A stretch of DNA of 32,000 bases, from NCBI RefSeq assembly GCF_000008625.1, contig NC_000918.1:1470001-1502000 (forward strand). The letters are read 5' to 3'. Made by a program: the position numbers and the translations under genes. Shown piece after piece: positions 1 to 9,278 of the stretch. The notes below the pieces were generated by a model. The model made no database searches. It was given only the letters and a program-made list of their open reading frames with translations, and was not told the DNA's origin. How positions within the stretch are numbered: position 1 is the stretch's first letter; each line of letters starts with the position of its first letter. Origin of the DNA: Aquifex aeolicus VF5. Lineage in GTDB: Bacteria; Aquificota; Aquificia; Aquificales; Aquificaceae.

Positions 1-1126
1 CGAGAGGGAATTTCTCTACAGGGCCATAGAAACAGCCATCAAGCACGGGGCAACCGTTATAAATATCCCAGACACAGTGGGATACGCCATACCCGAGGAG
101 TTCGGTCAATTAATAGAGGACATAATGAACAACGTCCCGAATATAGATAAGGTTATTCTGAGCGTTCACTGTCACGACGACCTCGGACTTGCCACTGCAA
201 ACTCCCTGACCGCGGTAAAACACGGGGCCAGACAGGTTGAATGTACCATAAATGGGATAGGGGAAAGAGCTGGAAACGCAGCTCTTGAAGAGGTGGTAAT
301 GGCACTAAAAGTGAGAAAGGACTTTTTCGGAGACCTTTACACCGATGTGAATACGAAAGAGATTTACAAAACTTCCAGACTGCTTTGTAGGATTACAGGA
401 AACTTCGTTCAGCCTAACAAGGCAATCGTCGGGGATAACGCCTTTGCCCACGAGAGCGGAATACACCAGCACGGAGTACTCAGCCACAGAATGACCTACG
501 AGATAATGAACCCCGAAGACGTTGGATTCCCCATGAGCAGAATAGTTCTCGGAAAGCACAGCGGAAGACACGCCCTGAAGAGAAGACTTGAAGAACTCGG
601 CTTTAAGTTCACCAAAGAAGAACTCGACAGGATATTCGAAAAGTTCAAGGAGCTTGCCGACAGAAAGAAGGAAGTTTACGACGAAGACCTCGAAGCACTA
701 ATATACCAGGAGTTCATGAAGATAGAGGACCACGAACCCGTAAAGGTTCTCCACTTTCAAGTTCAAAGCGGTGATAACATGATACCGACAGCAACGGTAA
801 AGCTCGAGTTTAAAGGAGAAGAGAGGGAAGCGAGTTCCACAGGAAACGGACCCGTTGACGCGACCATTAAAGCAATTCAGAAAGCCCTCGGCATAGAACC
901 TAAACTCCTGGACTACTCAATTAAAGCCCTCACTCCCAACACGGACGCTCAGGCAGAGGCAAGGGTAGTCTTGGAGCTTGACGGGGTGAAAGCCTCCGGA
1001 AGGGGTGTGGATACAGACATAATAAAGGCGAGTGTTAAGGCGTTTACCGACGCCCTGAATAGGGCTATAGTCAGGAAAGAGTACATAATCCAGAGACAGG
1101 AAATCAGAGAAGAAGGTACCGTTTGA
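1..1126 (+). CDS. leuA: 2-isopropylmalate synthase (LeuA/CimA family), 5'-truncated by window edge
   Basis: The frame is open from nt 2 to TGA at 1124-1126. The translation has [27 protein letters not shown] and AHESGIHQ motifs of the HMGL-like aldolase core. It also has the C-terminal LeuA regulatory/dimer domain (GNGPVDA...RGVDTDII). Confidence 0.9.
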   Translation, partial: EREFLYRAIETAIKHGATVINIPDTVGYAIPEEFGQLIEDIMNNVPNIDKVILSVHCHDDLGLATANSLTAVKHGARQVECTINGIGERAGNAALEEVVMALKVRKDFFGDLYTDVNTKEIYKTSRLLCRITGNFVQPNKAIVGDNAFAHESGIHQHGVLSHRMTYEIMNPEDVGFPMSRIVLGKHSGRHALKRRLEELGFKFTKEELDRIFEKFKELADRKKEVYDEDLEALIYQEFMKIEDHEPVKVLHFQVQSGDNMIPTATVKLEFKGEEREASSTGNGPVDATIKAIQKALGIEPKLLDYSIKALTPNTDAQAEARVVLELDGVKASGRGVDTDIIKASVKAFTDALNRAIVRKEYIIQRQEIREEGTV

Positions 1127-1395
1127 TGTGGAGAATTTTCTTCACAAGGTTCTTCGTAAGGTTTATCCTTTTCCCCCTCCTTGCTGTAATTATGGGAGTT
1201 CTTGTTCTGGGAACGATATTCTTCATAACATACACGTGGCTCATTTGGCAAACGATAAAGATAATGGACGAACACCCTTTACTCGGGTTTTTCTTCGTAA
1301 TCCTTGAGATACTCCTTCTGTCTTTAATAGCTCTTGCAGGTTTATACTTATTCGATAAGGTAAGGGAATTTTTTAAAGAAAGGAGGTTAATATGA
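1123..1395 (+). CDS. hypothetical small integral membrane protein (90 aa, 2-3 predicted TM helices)
   Basis: ORF overlaps the leuA stop (TTG 1123 / ATG 1126) and overlaps the next gene by ATGA. The sequence is very hydrophobic. No family recognised. Confidence 0.45.
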   Translation: MMWRIFFTRFFVRFILFPLLAVIMGVLVLGTIFFITYTWLIWQTIKIMDEHPLLGFFFVILEILLLSLIALAGLYLFDKVREFFKERRLI

Positions 1396-2108
1396 AAAAG
1401 TTGTCTTTTATTTTACTCTCCGCAGCATTTGTTTACGCTTCATGCCCTGAACCCTCCAAATTTGAAGAGAAATTAAAAGAAATAACCCAAAGGGAGTGGA
1501 AAGTTCAGGCAGTATCTGAGGTAAAAGACCTGGGATTGTGTCAGGTGGTAGTAAAGAGAGGACTTGAACCCTTAGTTATTTACATGGACAAGGATATGAA
1601 CTACTTGATTACTGGAAACGTTATTGACCTCAAGAACGGCAAAAATCTAACTGCAGAAACCGTAAGGAAGTACGCAAAAGTATCCCCCGAAGTTTTGAAA
1701 GAGCTTGAAAAGATGACAGACCTCAAATTCGGAAAAGGAGACAAGTACGTTTACTTTATATCAGACCCCCACTGCCCTTACTGTAACAGACTTGCACCAA
1801 TACTGAAAAACTGGGCTGATAAAAATGACGTACAGATAAGGGTAATCTTCTACCCGCTTCCCTTCCACAAAGGAGCGGATGAAAAGGCTGCAAGCCTTAT
1901 ATGTAAAAAGGATGTAAAGTACGAGGAGCTTCACACAAAAGACAAGCCCGAAAAGGTTTGTGAGGAAGGAATGGAAAAGGTAAAGAAAAACGTAGAGTAC
2001 CTCTCAAAGCTCGGTGTCACCGGAACACCTACACTCATCGGTATGAACGGTAAAGTTTTGGTTGGTCTTCCGAGAAGTGAAAAACAGCTTGATGAACTCG
2101 TTAAATAA
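1392..2108 (+). CDS. periplasmic thiol:disulfide interchange protein, DsbC/DsbG-like thioredoxin fold
   Basis: AGGAGG lies 6 nt upstream of the ATG. N-terminal signal peptide MKKLSFILLSAAFVYA. Redox motif CPYC in DPHCPYCNRL. C-terminal GTPTL cis-Pro loop typical of Dsb proteins. Confidence 0.8.
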   Translation: MKKLSFILLSAAFVYASCPEPSKFEEKLKEITQREWKVQAVSEVKDLGLCQVVVKRGLEPLVIYMDKDMNYLITGNVIDLKNGKNLTAETVRKYAKVSPEVLKELEKMTDLKFGKGDKYVYFISDPHCPYCNRLAPILKNWADKNDVQIRVIFYPLPFHKGADEKAASLICKKDVKYEELHTKDKPEKVCEEGMEKVKKNVEYLSKLGVTGTPTLIGMNGKVLVGLPRSEKQLDELVK

Positions 2109-2351
2109 TCAGCAGCACTTTATCCAGTCGAGGGGCGAGTTTACAAGCCCCAGTTTTTTATGCCACTTGTGAAACTCCTCCACGAGTTCCGGGTACAACT
2201 CTATTAAGTAGAACTTTAGCGGTGTGGATAGTCCGAAGTAATCCGCAAAGAGAAGAAAAATGAAGACCTCTTCGAGTTTCTGAGCTTCCCTTCCGAATTC
2301 CTGTCCGAATTTGAGTCTGTAAAACTCCTTAAGCACTTCTCTCAGGTTCAA
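2109..2351 (-). CDS. hypothetical 80-aa helical protein ending in Cys-Cys-stop
   Basis: ORF has host-like composition. Its start overlaps the 3' end of the upstream aminotransferase gene by 23 nt on the same strand. No family recognised. Confidence 0.4.
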   Translation of the reverse strand: MNLREVLKEFYRLKFGQEFGREAQKLEEVFIFLLFADYFGLSTPLKFYLIELYPELVEEFHKWHKKLGLVNSPLDWIKCC

Positions 2352-3573
2352 GTTTCCTCTCCTTCTGGAGTTTTCTGAAGGCTTTCCTTATTCCCCTTAT
2401 AGCCTGTCTGATCCTGTGTTCATTTTCTACAAGTGCAAACCTTACGTACCCCTCTCCGTACTGACCAAAGCCCACACCCGGGGATACCGCAACCTTCGCC
2501 TCTTTTAGGAGGAACAAGGAAAAGTCCAGAGAGTTCATATTTATCCATTCGGGAATCTTTGCCCAGACGAACATGGTAGCCTTAGGTTTTTTTACTTTCC
2601 AGCCGAGCCTGTTTAACCCTTCCACCAGAACGTCTCTTCTTTTTTGGTAAACCTTTGCGGTTTTTTCCACGATTTCGTAGGGGCTCTCTAATGCGATAAT
2701 AGAGGCCACCTGTATGGGAGTAAATATACCGTAATCCAAGTAGCTTTTGAGGTGTGCAAGGTTTTTTATGAGTATTTCGTTTCCAACGACAAAGGCTACC
2801 CTCCAGCCCGCCATTGAAAAGCCCTTTGACATGGAGTAGAGCTCAACCGCAACGTCTTTAGCACCTTCTATTTCGAGTATTGAGGGGGGCTTGTAACCGT
2901 CAAAGGCTATATCCGCATACGCAAAATCGTGTATTATCCAGAGACCGTGTTCCTTTGCAAACTTAACTATTTCTTTAAAAAAGTCCTTTTCTACCGTTAT
3001 GGTCGTTGGATTGTGAGGAAAGCTTATGACGACAGCCTTGGGTTTTGGCATCGCGGTTTTTACTATCTCGTAAAGCCTCCTTAAAAACTCTTCCTGATGA
3101 TCTTGATCGTCCGAGAAGTTAAGGGGTATTGAGTGAACTTCCCCTCCTGCAATTATGGGAGCGTAATAGTGAATAGGATAGGTGGGATTAGGAACTATTA
3201 CCGTATCACCCGGAGATATCATCGCAAGCATCAAATGAGAATACCCTTCCTTTGCACCGATTGTTAGTATAGCCTCCCTCTCAGGGTCGAGTTTCACTCC
3301 GTACCTTTCTTCGTAGAAGTTACATATAGCCTTTCTCAGTCTTGGTATGCCCCTTGACGCAGAATATCCGTGAACGTTCGGCTTTTGAGCCACTTCGCAG
3401 AGTTTATCTATTATGTGCTTTGCTGGAGGCATGTTAGGATTGCCCATACCAAGATCCACTACATCTTCGCCTTCACGCCTTAGCTTGTACTTGAGTTCGT
3501 TAACGAGAGAGAAGACATACTGAGGCAGTCTCTTTATCCTCGGAAAAGCCCAGTCCATAGGGTCTTCAATCAT
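2329..3573 (-). CDS. class I/II PLP-dependent aminotransferase, AlaC/YfdZ-like (alanine/aspartate transaminase type)
   Basis: 414-aa ORF. Motifs: [36 protein letters not shown] and the PLP-lysine motif [15 protein letters not shown]. The true start may be the second Met (MDWAF). Confidence 0.9.
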   Translation of the reverse strand: MIEDPMDWAFPRIKRLPQYVFSLVNELKYKLRREGEDVVDLGMGNPNMPPAKHIIDKLCEVAQKPNVHGYSASRGIPRLRKAICNFYEERYGVKLDPEREAILTIGAKEGYSHLMLAMISPGDTVIVPNPTYPIHYYAPIIAGGEVHSIPLNFSDDQDHQEEFLRRLYEIVKTAMPKPKAVVISFPHNPTTITVEKDFFKEIVKFAKEHGLWIIHDFAYADIAFDGYKPPSILEIEGAKDVAVELYSMSKGFSMAGWRVAFVVGNEILIKNLAHLKSYLDYGIFTPIQVASIIALESPYEIVEKTAKVYQKRRDVLVEGLNRLGWKVKKPKATMFVWAKIPEWINMNSLDFSLFLLKEAKVAVSPGVGFGQYGEGYVRFALVENEHRIRQAIRGIRKAFRKLQKERKLEPERSA

Positions 3574-3928
3574 TCTCCATCTCCTCTTCCAGCTCTTTGC
3601 ACTCGATACACATAGTGGTTACAGGTCTGGCTTTCAACCGCTCAAAGGGAATCTGGGCACCGCAGTTCTCACATATACCGTAGGTACCCATCTCCATCTT
3701 CATAAGTGCGTAATCTATCTTGTGAAGTAATTTAGCCTCCCTGTCCTTTATCCTGAAAGTTATAAACCTTTCCGTTTCAAGATCCGCCCTGTCTATTTCG
3801 TCTCCTCCCTCAAATTTAACGTTTGATGGGTCCTTAAGTTGACTCTCCGCAGATTCCAGTATCTTTCTCCGCATTTCAAGAAGTATAGCTCTGAGTTCGT
3901 TTACCTGTTCCTGTGTAAGGTGTTTCAA
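3566..3928 (-). CDS. dksA: DksA/TraR-family C4 zinc-finger RNA-polymerase-binding regulator
   Basis: 120 aa with an N-terminal coiled-coil-like region. Zinc finger: [27 protein letters not shown] (CxxC-x17-CxxC). Confidence 0.85.
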   Translation of the reverse strand: MKHLTQEQVNELRAILLEMRRKILESAESQLKDPSNVKFEGGDEIDRADLETERFITFRIKDREAKLLHKIDYALMKMEMGTYGICENCGAQIPFERLKARPVTTMCIECKELEEEMEND

Positions 3929-3946
3929 TATATTCCTCCTTAATTA

Positions 3947-4504
3947 TTAATCTACAAACCTTGCAGGGTCTTTTCTAATCTTTTCGAGGAGTTCTTTCCT
4001 CCCGTCTACGAAAATCGCAACCCACTCTGCGAGTCTCCTTCCCAGTCTCCTGCAGGCTTCCTTTTCTTCTTCACTCCTCGGCTCTCCTGCGACAACCGCG
4101 CCGTAATGGAGTGTAAACTTTTTTCCAACGTAGTCGGTAACCCCGAAAACTAAAAATCCGAAGTTCATGAGCATCGTAAGAATTGACATGCAGGCAACTT
4201 CGTTTCCTCCGCCCCAGCCCCCTGAAGAGGAAAAGGCACAGGCTATTTTTCCGTCTATTTCACCCCAAAGGTCTCCGAGAACGTCGTCGAAAAACCGCTT
4301 CATCTTCCACGAAACGAGACCCATGTTCGTGGGAGAACCCACGGCAAGACCATCCGCCCAGAGGACATCCTCCTTTGTAGCTTCGTCAACGTGTTTGAGT
4401 CTAACTTCTGTTCCCTCAAGGGAACGGGCACCTTCCGCTACGAGCTCAGCCATCTTTTTAGTATTACCCGTCCTCGTGTCGTATATAACGAGAACCTTTC
4501 CCAT
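3947..4504 (-). CDS. flavodoxin-fold protein, WrbA / NAD(P)H:quinone oxidoreductase-like
   Basis: N-terminal FMN-binding loop VLVIYDTRTGNTKKMAE, then GSPTNMG and SSSGGWGGGNE segments typical of multimeric flavodoxin-like proteins. Confidence 0.75.
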   Translation of the reverse strand: MGKVLVIYDTRTGNTKKMAELVAEGARSLEGTEVRLKHVDEATKEDVLWADGLAVGSPTNMGLVSWKMKRFFDDVLGDLWGEIDGKIACAFSSSGGWGGGNEVACMSILTMLMNFGFLVFGVTDYVGKKFTLHYGAVVAGEPRSEEEKEACRRLGRRLAEWVAIFVDGRKELLEKIRKDPARFVD

Positions 4505-4520
4505 AAATTAAAAGTTTAAC

Positions 4521-5360
4521 TTACCTCCCCCTCGCTTTAAGCCTCTGGAGTTCTCTCAAAAAGGTTTTCAGGGCCTTTTCTTCCTCTTCCTTGTAAAAGG
4601 CTTCCTTTTGAATTGCGTAATCCCAGTCAACCTTTGATGCATCAAACCAAGGTCCGTCTATGCAGGCGAGTTTCTCTTGACCTTCTACGAGAACCCTACA
4701 GGCGAGGCAAAGTCCGTTTGCGTCAAGTATGTGTGCATTTACCATGGCTATGTGGGGAATATTTCTTTCTTCGGCAAATCTGTTTATCATCTGAGAGTCT
4801 AAATTACTCCCCGCACTCACGATAAGATCAGGTTTTCCGAAGTTTTCAATAAAGTAACCGAGAGCCCACTCGCTGTTTCCCTCTTCCCCTAAAGAGCCGT
4901 CTTCGGTAAAGAGAAGAAACTCTTCCGAGATTTCAGAAGCTTCCTTTGTTAGAAAAACCCTTTCCTCGTCTTCCGCTACGTGGACAAAGTATATTTCGTT
5001 ACTCTCTTCCTTTAATGCCCTTCCAATGTTTATAAGAGGTGCTACTCCCCAGTTCTTGGAGATCAGGAGAACCTTTCCGTAATTTTTTACGGGAAAAGGA
5101 GAACCGCAGGGGGCTTCTATGAACTGTATTTTTTCCTCTACGAGCTCGGCGATTTCTAAGGTAGCCCTGCCGCCCACTTCCACCAGAAAGGTATAAGAGC
5201 TTTCCTTTACGTCTAGGAATGAGAGAGGGATTGGTTCCGACTCCTCGTTTGCCTGGACGAGTGCGTACTGACCCGGTTTTACGAGTTTTGCCCTCTCGTC
5301 CTGAACTTCCAAGAGAACCGCTTTAGGAGTGAGTCTTTCCTTTCTTAAAACCTTATACAT
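4521..5360 (-). CDS. FNR-fold iron-sulfur flavoprotein-like subunit (NfnA/SudB/PyrK family)
   Basis: 279 aa. The N-terminal beta-barrel (MYKVLRKERLTPKAVLLEV..PGQYALV) resembles NfnA/PyrK. The C-terminal pattern DANGLCLACRV...ACIDGPWFD matches the Asp+3Cys [2Fe-2S] site of that family. Confidence 0.7.
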   Translation of the reverse strand: MYKVLRKERLTPKAVLLEVQDERAKLVKPGQYALVQANEESEPIPLSFLDVKESSYTFLVEVGGRATLEIAELVEEKIQFIEAPCGSPFPVKNYGKVLLISKNWGVAPLINIGRALKEESNEIYFVHVAEDEERVFLTKEASEISEEFLLFTEDGSLGEEGNSEWALGYFIENFGKPDLIVSAGSNLDSQMINRFAEERNIPHIAMVNAHILDANGLCLACRVLVEGQEKLACIDGPWFDASKVDWDYAIQKEAFYKEEEEKALKTFLRELQRLKARGR

Positions 5361-6834
5361 TTGAACTTACCTTCATTATGTATTCAAGGCACGTTCTCAC
5401 GCCGAAGCCCGTTCCGCCCTTCGTGTAGTAGCCGTATTCCTCCTTTGACCATGCGGGACCGGCTATATCAAGGTGGACCCACTTTATGCCTTCACCCACG
5501 AACTCTTCAAGGAACATAGCGGCTGTTATCGCTCCTCCGTACCTTCCGCCGGTGTTTAGGACATCCGCAACTGTGTTTTTAATCTTCTTCCTGAGTCTTT
5601 CGTCGTCCATGGGGAGTTCCCACACCCTTTCACCGGTTCTCTTTGCGGTTTTCTTTATCTCCTCCGCAAAGTCGGGAGCGTTCGTAAAGAGTCCCGCTGT
5701 ATACTCTCCTAGAGCTACCATACACGCTCCCGTCAAGGTAGCCATGTCTATTATCTTGTCTGGTTTGAGCTCGCTCGCGTAAGAGAGCACGTCCGCTAAG
5801 GTAACTCTTCCTTCCGCGTCCGTGTTATCAATTTCTATGTACTTTCCGTTTTTTGCCTTTATTACATCATCGGGTCTGTAAGCGTTCCCGTCTGGCATAT
5901 TTTCCGCGGCACCGATGAGTCCGTGAACTTCAACGTCTGGTTTTAATTGAGCTATAGCCCTCATTATCCCGAGGACAGCACACGCCCCGCTTTTGTCCAT
6001 CTTCATAGTCCTCATGTAATCCCCGGGTTTTATGTTCAGTCCTCCGCTGTCAAAGGTAAGCCCCTTTCCCACAAGTGCTATCTTTTCCTTCGGCTTTCCG
6101 GAGGGCTTGTATATAAGGTGTATGAACCTAGGTGGCGTTGCGGAGCCTTTACCCACGGAGTAGAGTGCCATCATACCCATTTCCTGAATTTGTTTTTCGT
6201 CGTATACCTTGCACTCAAGACCGAACTCTTCGGCGAGTTTTTTGGCTTCTTCCGCAAGCGTTATGGGATTTATTACGTTTCCGGGTTCGTTTACAAGGTT
6301 TCTCGCGTAATTTTGAGCTTCCGCGAATATCTTTCCGAGCCTTATACCTTCCTCATCTCCCCTGTTTATAAGAACTTCTTTAATCTCAAACTTCTCGTCT
6401 TCCTTTTTGGACTTGTATTTATCAAACCTGTAATTTCCGAGAATAGCACCCTCCGTTATAGCCTTCGTTATTTCCTTTGAGACATCTCCCCTTCTTGGGA
6501 TAACTACAACTGTGCTCTCCACTTTGTCCCTTCTCATTCTCTTTACGAGGTTTGCACTCGCCCTTCTGTAAGTGTCCTCGCCTACTTTTTCTTTCTTTCC
6601 AAGTCCTACTATGTAAACAAAGTCAACAGAAGTTCCGAGAGTGGGAACTTTCAGTATTTCCCCTTCCTTTCCTTTGAAGTTTTCAAGCTCTGCCACCCTT
6701 TTAGCTTTATTGGAAGTTCCCTTGGAGAGTCTGGCGAGTGGTTTCAGGTCACCCTCGTACACGAACACCGCAACGCTTTTCCCTTTGTACTTCTTTATGT
6801 CATCTTTGAAAGCCCTTACTTCCATTTCCTTCAC
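5353..6834 (-). CDS. pepA: leucyl aminopeptidase, M17 family (PepA)
   Basis: Hallmark NTDAEGRVTLADVL plus VGKGLTFDSGG and MKMDKSGA metal/active-site motifs. The track start at 6834 is GTG. ATG at 6825, preceded by GAGGTG, is the more likely start. Confidence 0.93.
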   Translation of the reverse strand: MKEMEVRAFKDDIKKYKGKSVAVFVYEGDLKPLARLSKGTSNKAKRVAELENFKGKEGEILKVPTLGTSVDFVYIVGLGKKEKVGEDTYRRASANLVKRMRRDKVESTVVVIPRRGDVSKEITKAITEGAILGNYRFDKYKSKKEDEKFEIKEVLINRGDEEGIRLGKIFAEAQNYARNLVNEPGNVINPITLAEEAKKLAEEFGLECKVYDEKQIQEMGMMALYSVGKGSATPPRFIHLIYKPSGKPKEKIALVGKGLTFDSGGLNIKPGDYMRTMKMDKSGACAVLGIMRAIAQLKPDVEVHGLIGAAENMPDGNAYRPDDVIKAKNGKYIEIDNTDAEGRVTLADVLSYASELKPDKIIDMATLTGACMVALGEYTAGLFTNAPDFAEEIKKTAKRTGERVWELPMDDERLRKKIKNTVADVLNTGGRYGGAITAAMFLEEFVGEGIKWVHLDIAGPAWSKEEYGYYTKGGTGFGVRTCLEYIMKVSSNV

Positions 6835-6860
6835 CTCACTGTTTATACTATATACTTTAA

Positions 6861-8534
6861 ATGCCTAAAAGGACGGACATCAAGAAGATATTAATAATAG
6901 GCTCTGGGCCTATCGTTATTGGACAGGCTGCAGAATTCGACTACTCGGGAACCCAAGCCTGCAAAGCCCTAAAGCAGGAAGGATACGAAGTCATTCTCGT
7001 GAACTCAAATCCCGCAACGATTATGACCGACCCAGAAATGGCCGACAAGACCTATATAGAACCCCTTACCGCTGACATACTTGAAGAGATTATAAAGAAA
7101 GAAAGGCCTGACGCCCTCCTTCCCACGCTCGGAGGTCAAACGGGCCTAAACTTGGCGGTGGAACTGTACGAGAACGGTGTTCTTGAACGCTACGGAGTTG
7201 AGCTAATAGGTGCGAACTACGAGGCCATAAAAAAGGGAGAAGACAGAGAACTCTTTAAAGAAACTATGGAAAGTATAGGGCTGAAGGTTCCGGAAAGTGC
7301 TGTCGTTCGCTCTGTAGAAGAAGGACTGAAGGCTGTAGAGAAGATAGGTTTTCCCGTGATACTGAGACCTGCTTTTACTCTGGGAGGGACCGGAAGCTCG
7401 GTTGCCTACAACGTTGAGGAGTTTAAAGAGAAGTTAAAGGTTGCCCTTGAGACTTCCCCCATTCACGAGGTTTTGCTGGACAAGTCCCTGATCGGCTGGA
7501 AGGAGATAGAGTTTGAAGTTGTAAGAGACAAGGCGGACAATGTCATTATCGTTTGTGCTATAGAGAACTTTGATCCCATGGGTGTTCACACGGGTGACTC
7601 CATAACCGTAGCCCCAACACAGACCTTGACGGACAAAGAGTACCAGATGCTCAGGGACGCGGCCATTGCGGTAATAAGGGCGATAGGTGTGGATACGGGA
7701 GGTTCTAACATACAGTTTGCCCTCTCACCCGAGAGCGGAGACTTTTACGTTATTGAGATGAACCCGAGAGTTTCACGCTCTTCAGCTCTAGCGTCAAAAG
7801 CAACGGGTTTCCCAATAGCAAAAGTCGCGGCAAAGCTTGCGGTGGGCTACACCTTGGACGAACTTAAAAACGACATTACGAAGTTCACCCCAGCCTCCTT
7901 TGAACCTTCTATAGACTACGTAGTTGTAAAGATTCCGAGGTTTGACTTTGCAAAGTTCCCCGAAGCGGACAGAACCCTCACCACTATGATGAAGTCCGTA
8001 GGGGAAGTAATGGCTATAGGAAGAACTTTCAAGGAAGCACTCCTAAAGGCTGTAAGGAGTTTAGAACTCGACAGGTACGGCCTAGCTTTCCCGAAACTCA
8101 CGAACGTTGATAAGGTAGAACTCGAAAGGAATTTAATTAACCCAAACGACCAGAGACTCTGGTACATAGCTGAAGCCTTCAGGAGAGGGTATTCCGTAGA
8201 CGAAGTTTACGAACTCACCAAGATAGACAGATGGTTCCTTTATAACATAGAAGAGATAGTAAAGTTTGAGGAAGTTCTCCGGAAGGAAGAACTTACCCCT
8301 GAAATCCTCAGACAAGCAAAGGAAATGGGCTACTCCGACTGGGAGATAGCAAAAATAAAGGGAATTACGGAAGAAGAAGTCAGGAAGCTCAGAAAGGAAG
8401 AGGGTATAGTCCCCACATTCAAGGGTGTTGACACCTGCGCGGGAGAATTCGTGGCGTATACACCCTACTACTATTCCTCCTATGAGAGACCTTACTACAC
8501 TGTAGACGGGCAGGAAATCCTTGATGAAGATTAA
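6861..8534 (+). CDS. carB: carbamoyl-phosphate synthase large subunit, N-terminal half only (carboxyphosphate ATP-grasp plus oligomerisation domain)
   Basis: The 557-aa translation aligns by eye with the first half of CarB ([48 protein letters not shown]). The ORF stops after the oligomerisation domain, and the next gene is prmA. Confidence 0.93.
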   Translation: MPKRTDIKKILIIGSGPIVIGQAAEFDYSGTQACKALKQEGYEVILVNSNPATIMTDPEMADKTYIEPLTADILEEIIKKERPDALLPTLGGQTGLNLAVELYENGVLERYGVELIGANYEAIKKGEDRELFKETMESIGLKVPESAVVRSVEEGLKAVEKIGFPVILRPAFTLGGTGSSVAYNVEEFKEKLKVALETSPIHEVLLDKSLIGWKEIEFEVVRDKADNVIIVCAIENFDPMGVHTGDSITVAPTQTLTDKEYQMLRDAAIAVIRAIGVDTGGSNIQFALSPESGDFYVIEMNPRVSRSSALASKATGFPIAKVAAKLAVGYTLDELKNDITKFTPASFEPSIDYVVVKIPRFDFAKFPEADRTLTTMMKSVGEVMAIGRTFKEALLKAVRSLELDRYGLAFPKLTNVDKVELERNLINPNDQRLWYIAEAFRRGYSVDEVYELTKIDRWFLYNIEEIVKFEEVLRKEELTPEILRQAKEMGYSDWEIAKIKGITEEEVRKLRKEEGIVPTFKGVDTCAGEFVAYTPYYYSSYERPYYTVDGQEILDED

Positions 8535-9258
8535 AAGGTTTGTTTACTCACTGCCCGAGGAGGAGTTCTACGAACTCGTTTACTCCCAAAACCTTTCCGT
8601 TGAGGTCCTTGAAAGGAAAGAGATCGAAGTAATTTTCGCATCTTACAAAGAAATTGAGGGTTTAACTCCCGAGAAGGTAGAGGAAGTAAAGGAAGACTGG
8701 GAGAATTGGAAAGAGAAGTTTAAACCTATTGAAGTTGAGGACTTTGTAATAATCCCTTCTTGGAAAAAGCCCGTAATCGTAAAGCCTGGACTTGCCTTCG
8801 GGACGGGTCTTCACCCCACAACTCAACTCTGTATAAAAGCCTTAAAGAAGTACTTAAAAGAGGGCATGACTGTTCTGGACGTGGGAACTGGCTCCGGAAT
8901 TCTCGCAATAGTTTCGGCACTTCTGGGAGCTAAACGGGTAGTGGGCATAGATATAGACGAAAAAGCTGTAAATGAGTGCAGGGAAAACGCAGAGTTAAAT
9001 AAGGTAAAAGTTGAGTGTTTCAGGGCAGAGCCAAAAGACGTAAACGAGAGTTTTGACCTTGTAGTAGCCAATCTGGAAATTCACATCTTTGAAAGGGTTT
9101 TAAAAGACATTCTTCCGAAGTTTAAAAAAATTGGTATATTTTCGGGACTTTACAAGGAAAAGGATTTAAAGAGATTTGAAGAACTCCTCGGAGGTTTGAA
9201 AGTAAAGGAAGTGTTTGAAAAGGAAAACTGGTACGCGGTTGTTGTAGAAAAAGGATAA
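8521..9258 (+). CDS. prmA: ribosomal protein L11 methyltransferase
   Basis: [14 protein letters not shown] motif and SAM-binding [13 protein letters not shown]. Overlaps the carB stop. ATG at 8524 is the likely start. Confidence 0.85.
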   Translation: MMKIKRFVYSLPEEEFYELVYSQNLSVEVLERKEIEVIFASYKEIEGLTPEKVEEVKEDWENWKEKFKPIEVEDFVIIPSWKKPVIVKPGLAFGTGLHPTTQLCIKALKKYLKEGMTVLDVGTGSGILAIVSALLGAKRVVGIDIDEKAVNECRENAELNKVKVECFRAEPKDVNESFDLVVANLEIHIFERVLKDILPKFKKIGIFSGLYKEKDLKRFEELLGGLKVKEVFEKENWYAVVVEKG

Positions 9259-9278
9259 AAGAAAGGGAAAAAAGAGGT

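Noticed and set aside
4167-4511. 114-aa and 65-aa plus-strand ORFs overlapping the flavodoxin-like gene
   Set aside because: These are antisense shadows. Their Pro/Ser/Arg-rich low-complexity translations have no recognisable domain, while the minus strand gives a clean flavodoxin fold.
5947-6480. 177-aa plus-strand ORF (and neighbouring ORFs at 5486-5782, 6132-6371 and 6641-6868) inside the pepA region
   Set aside because: It lies antisense to a confidently identified M17 aminopeptidase. Its Ser/Phe/Leu/Pro/Tyr-rich composition is what the complement of a purine-rich coding strand produces. No motifs were found.
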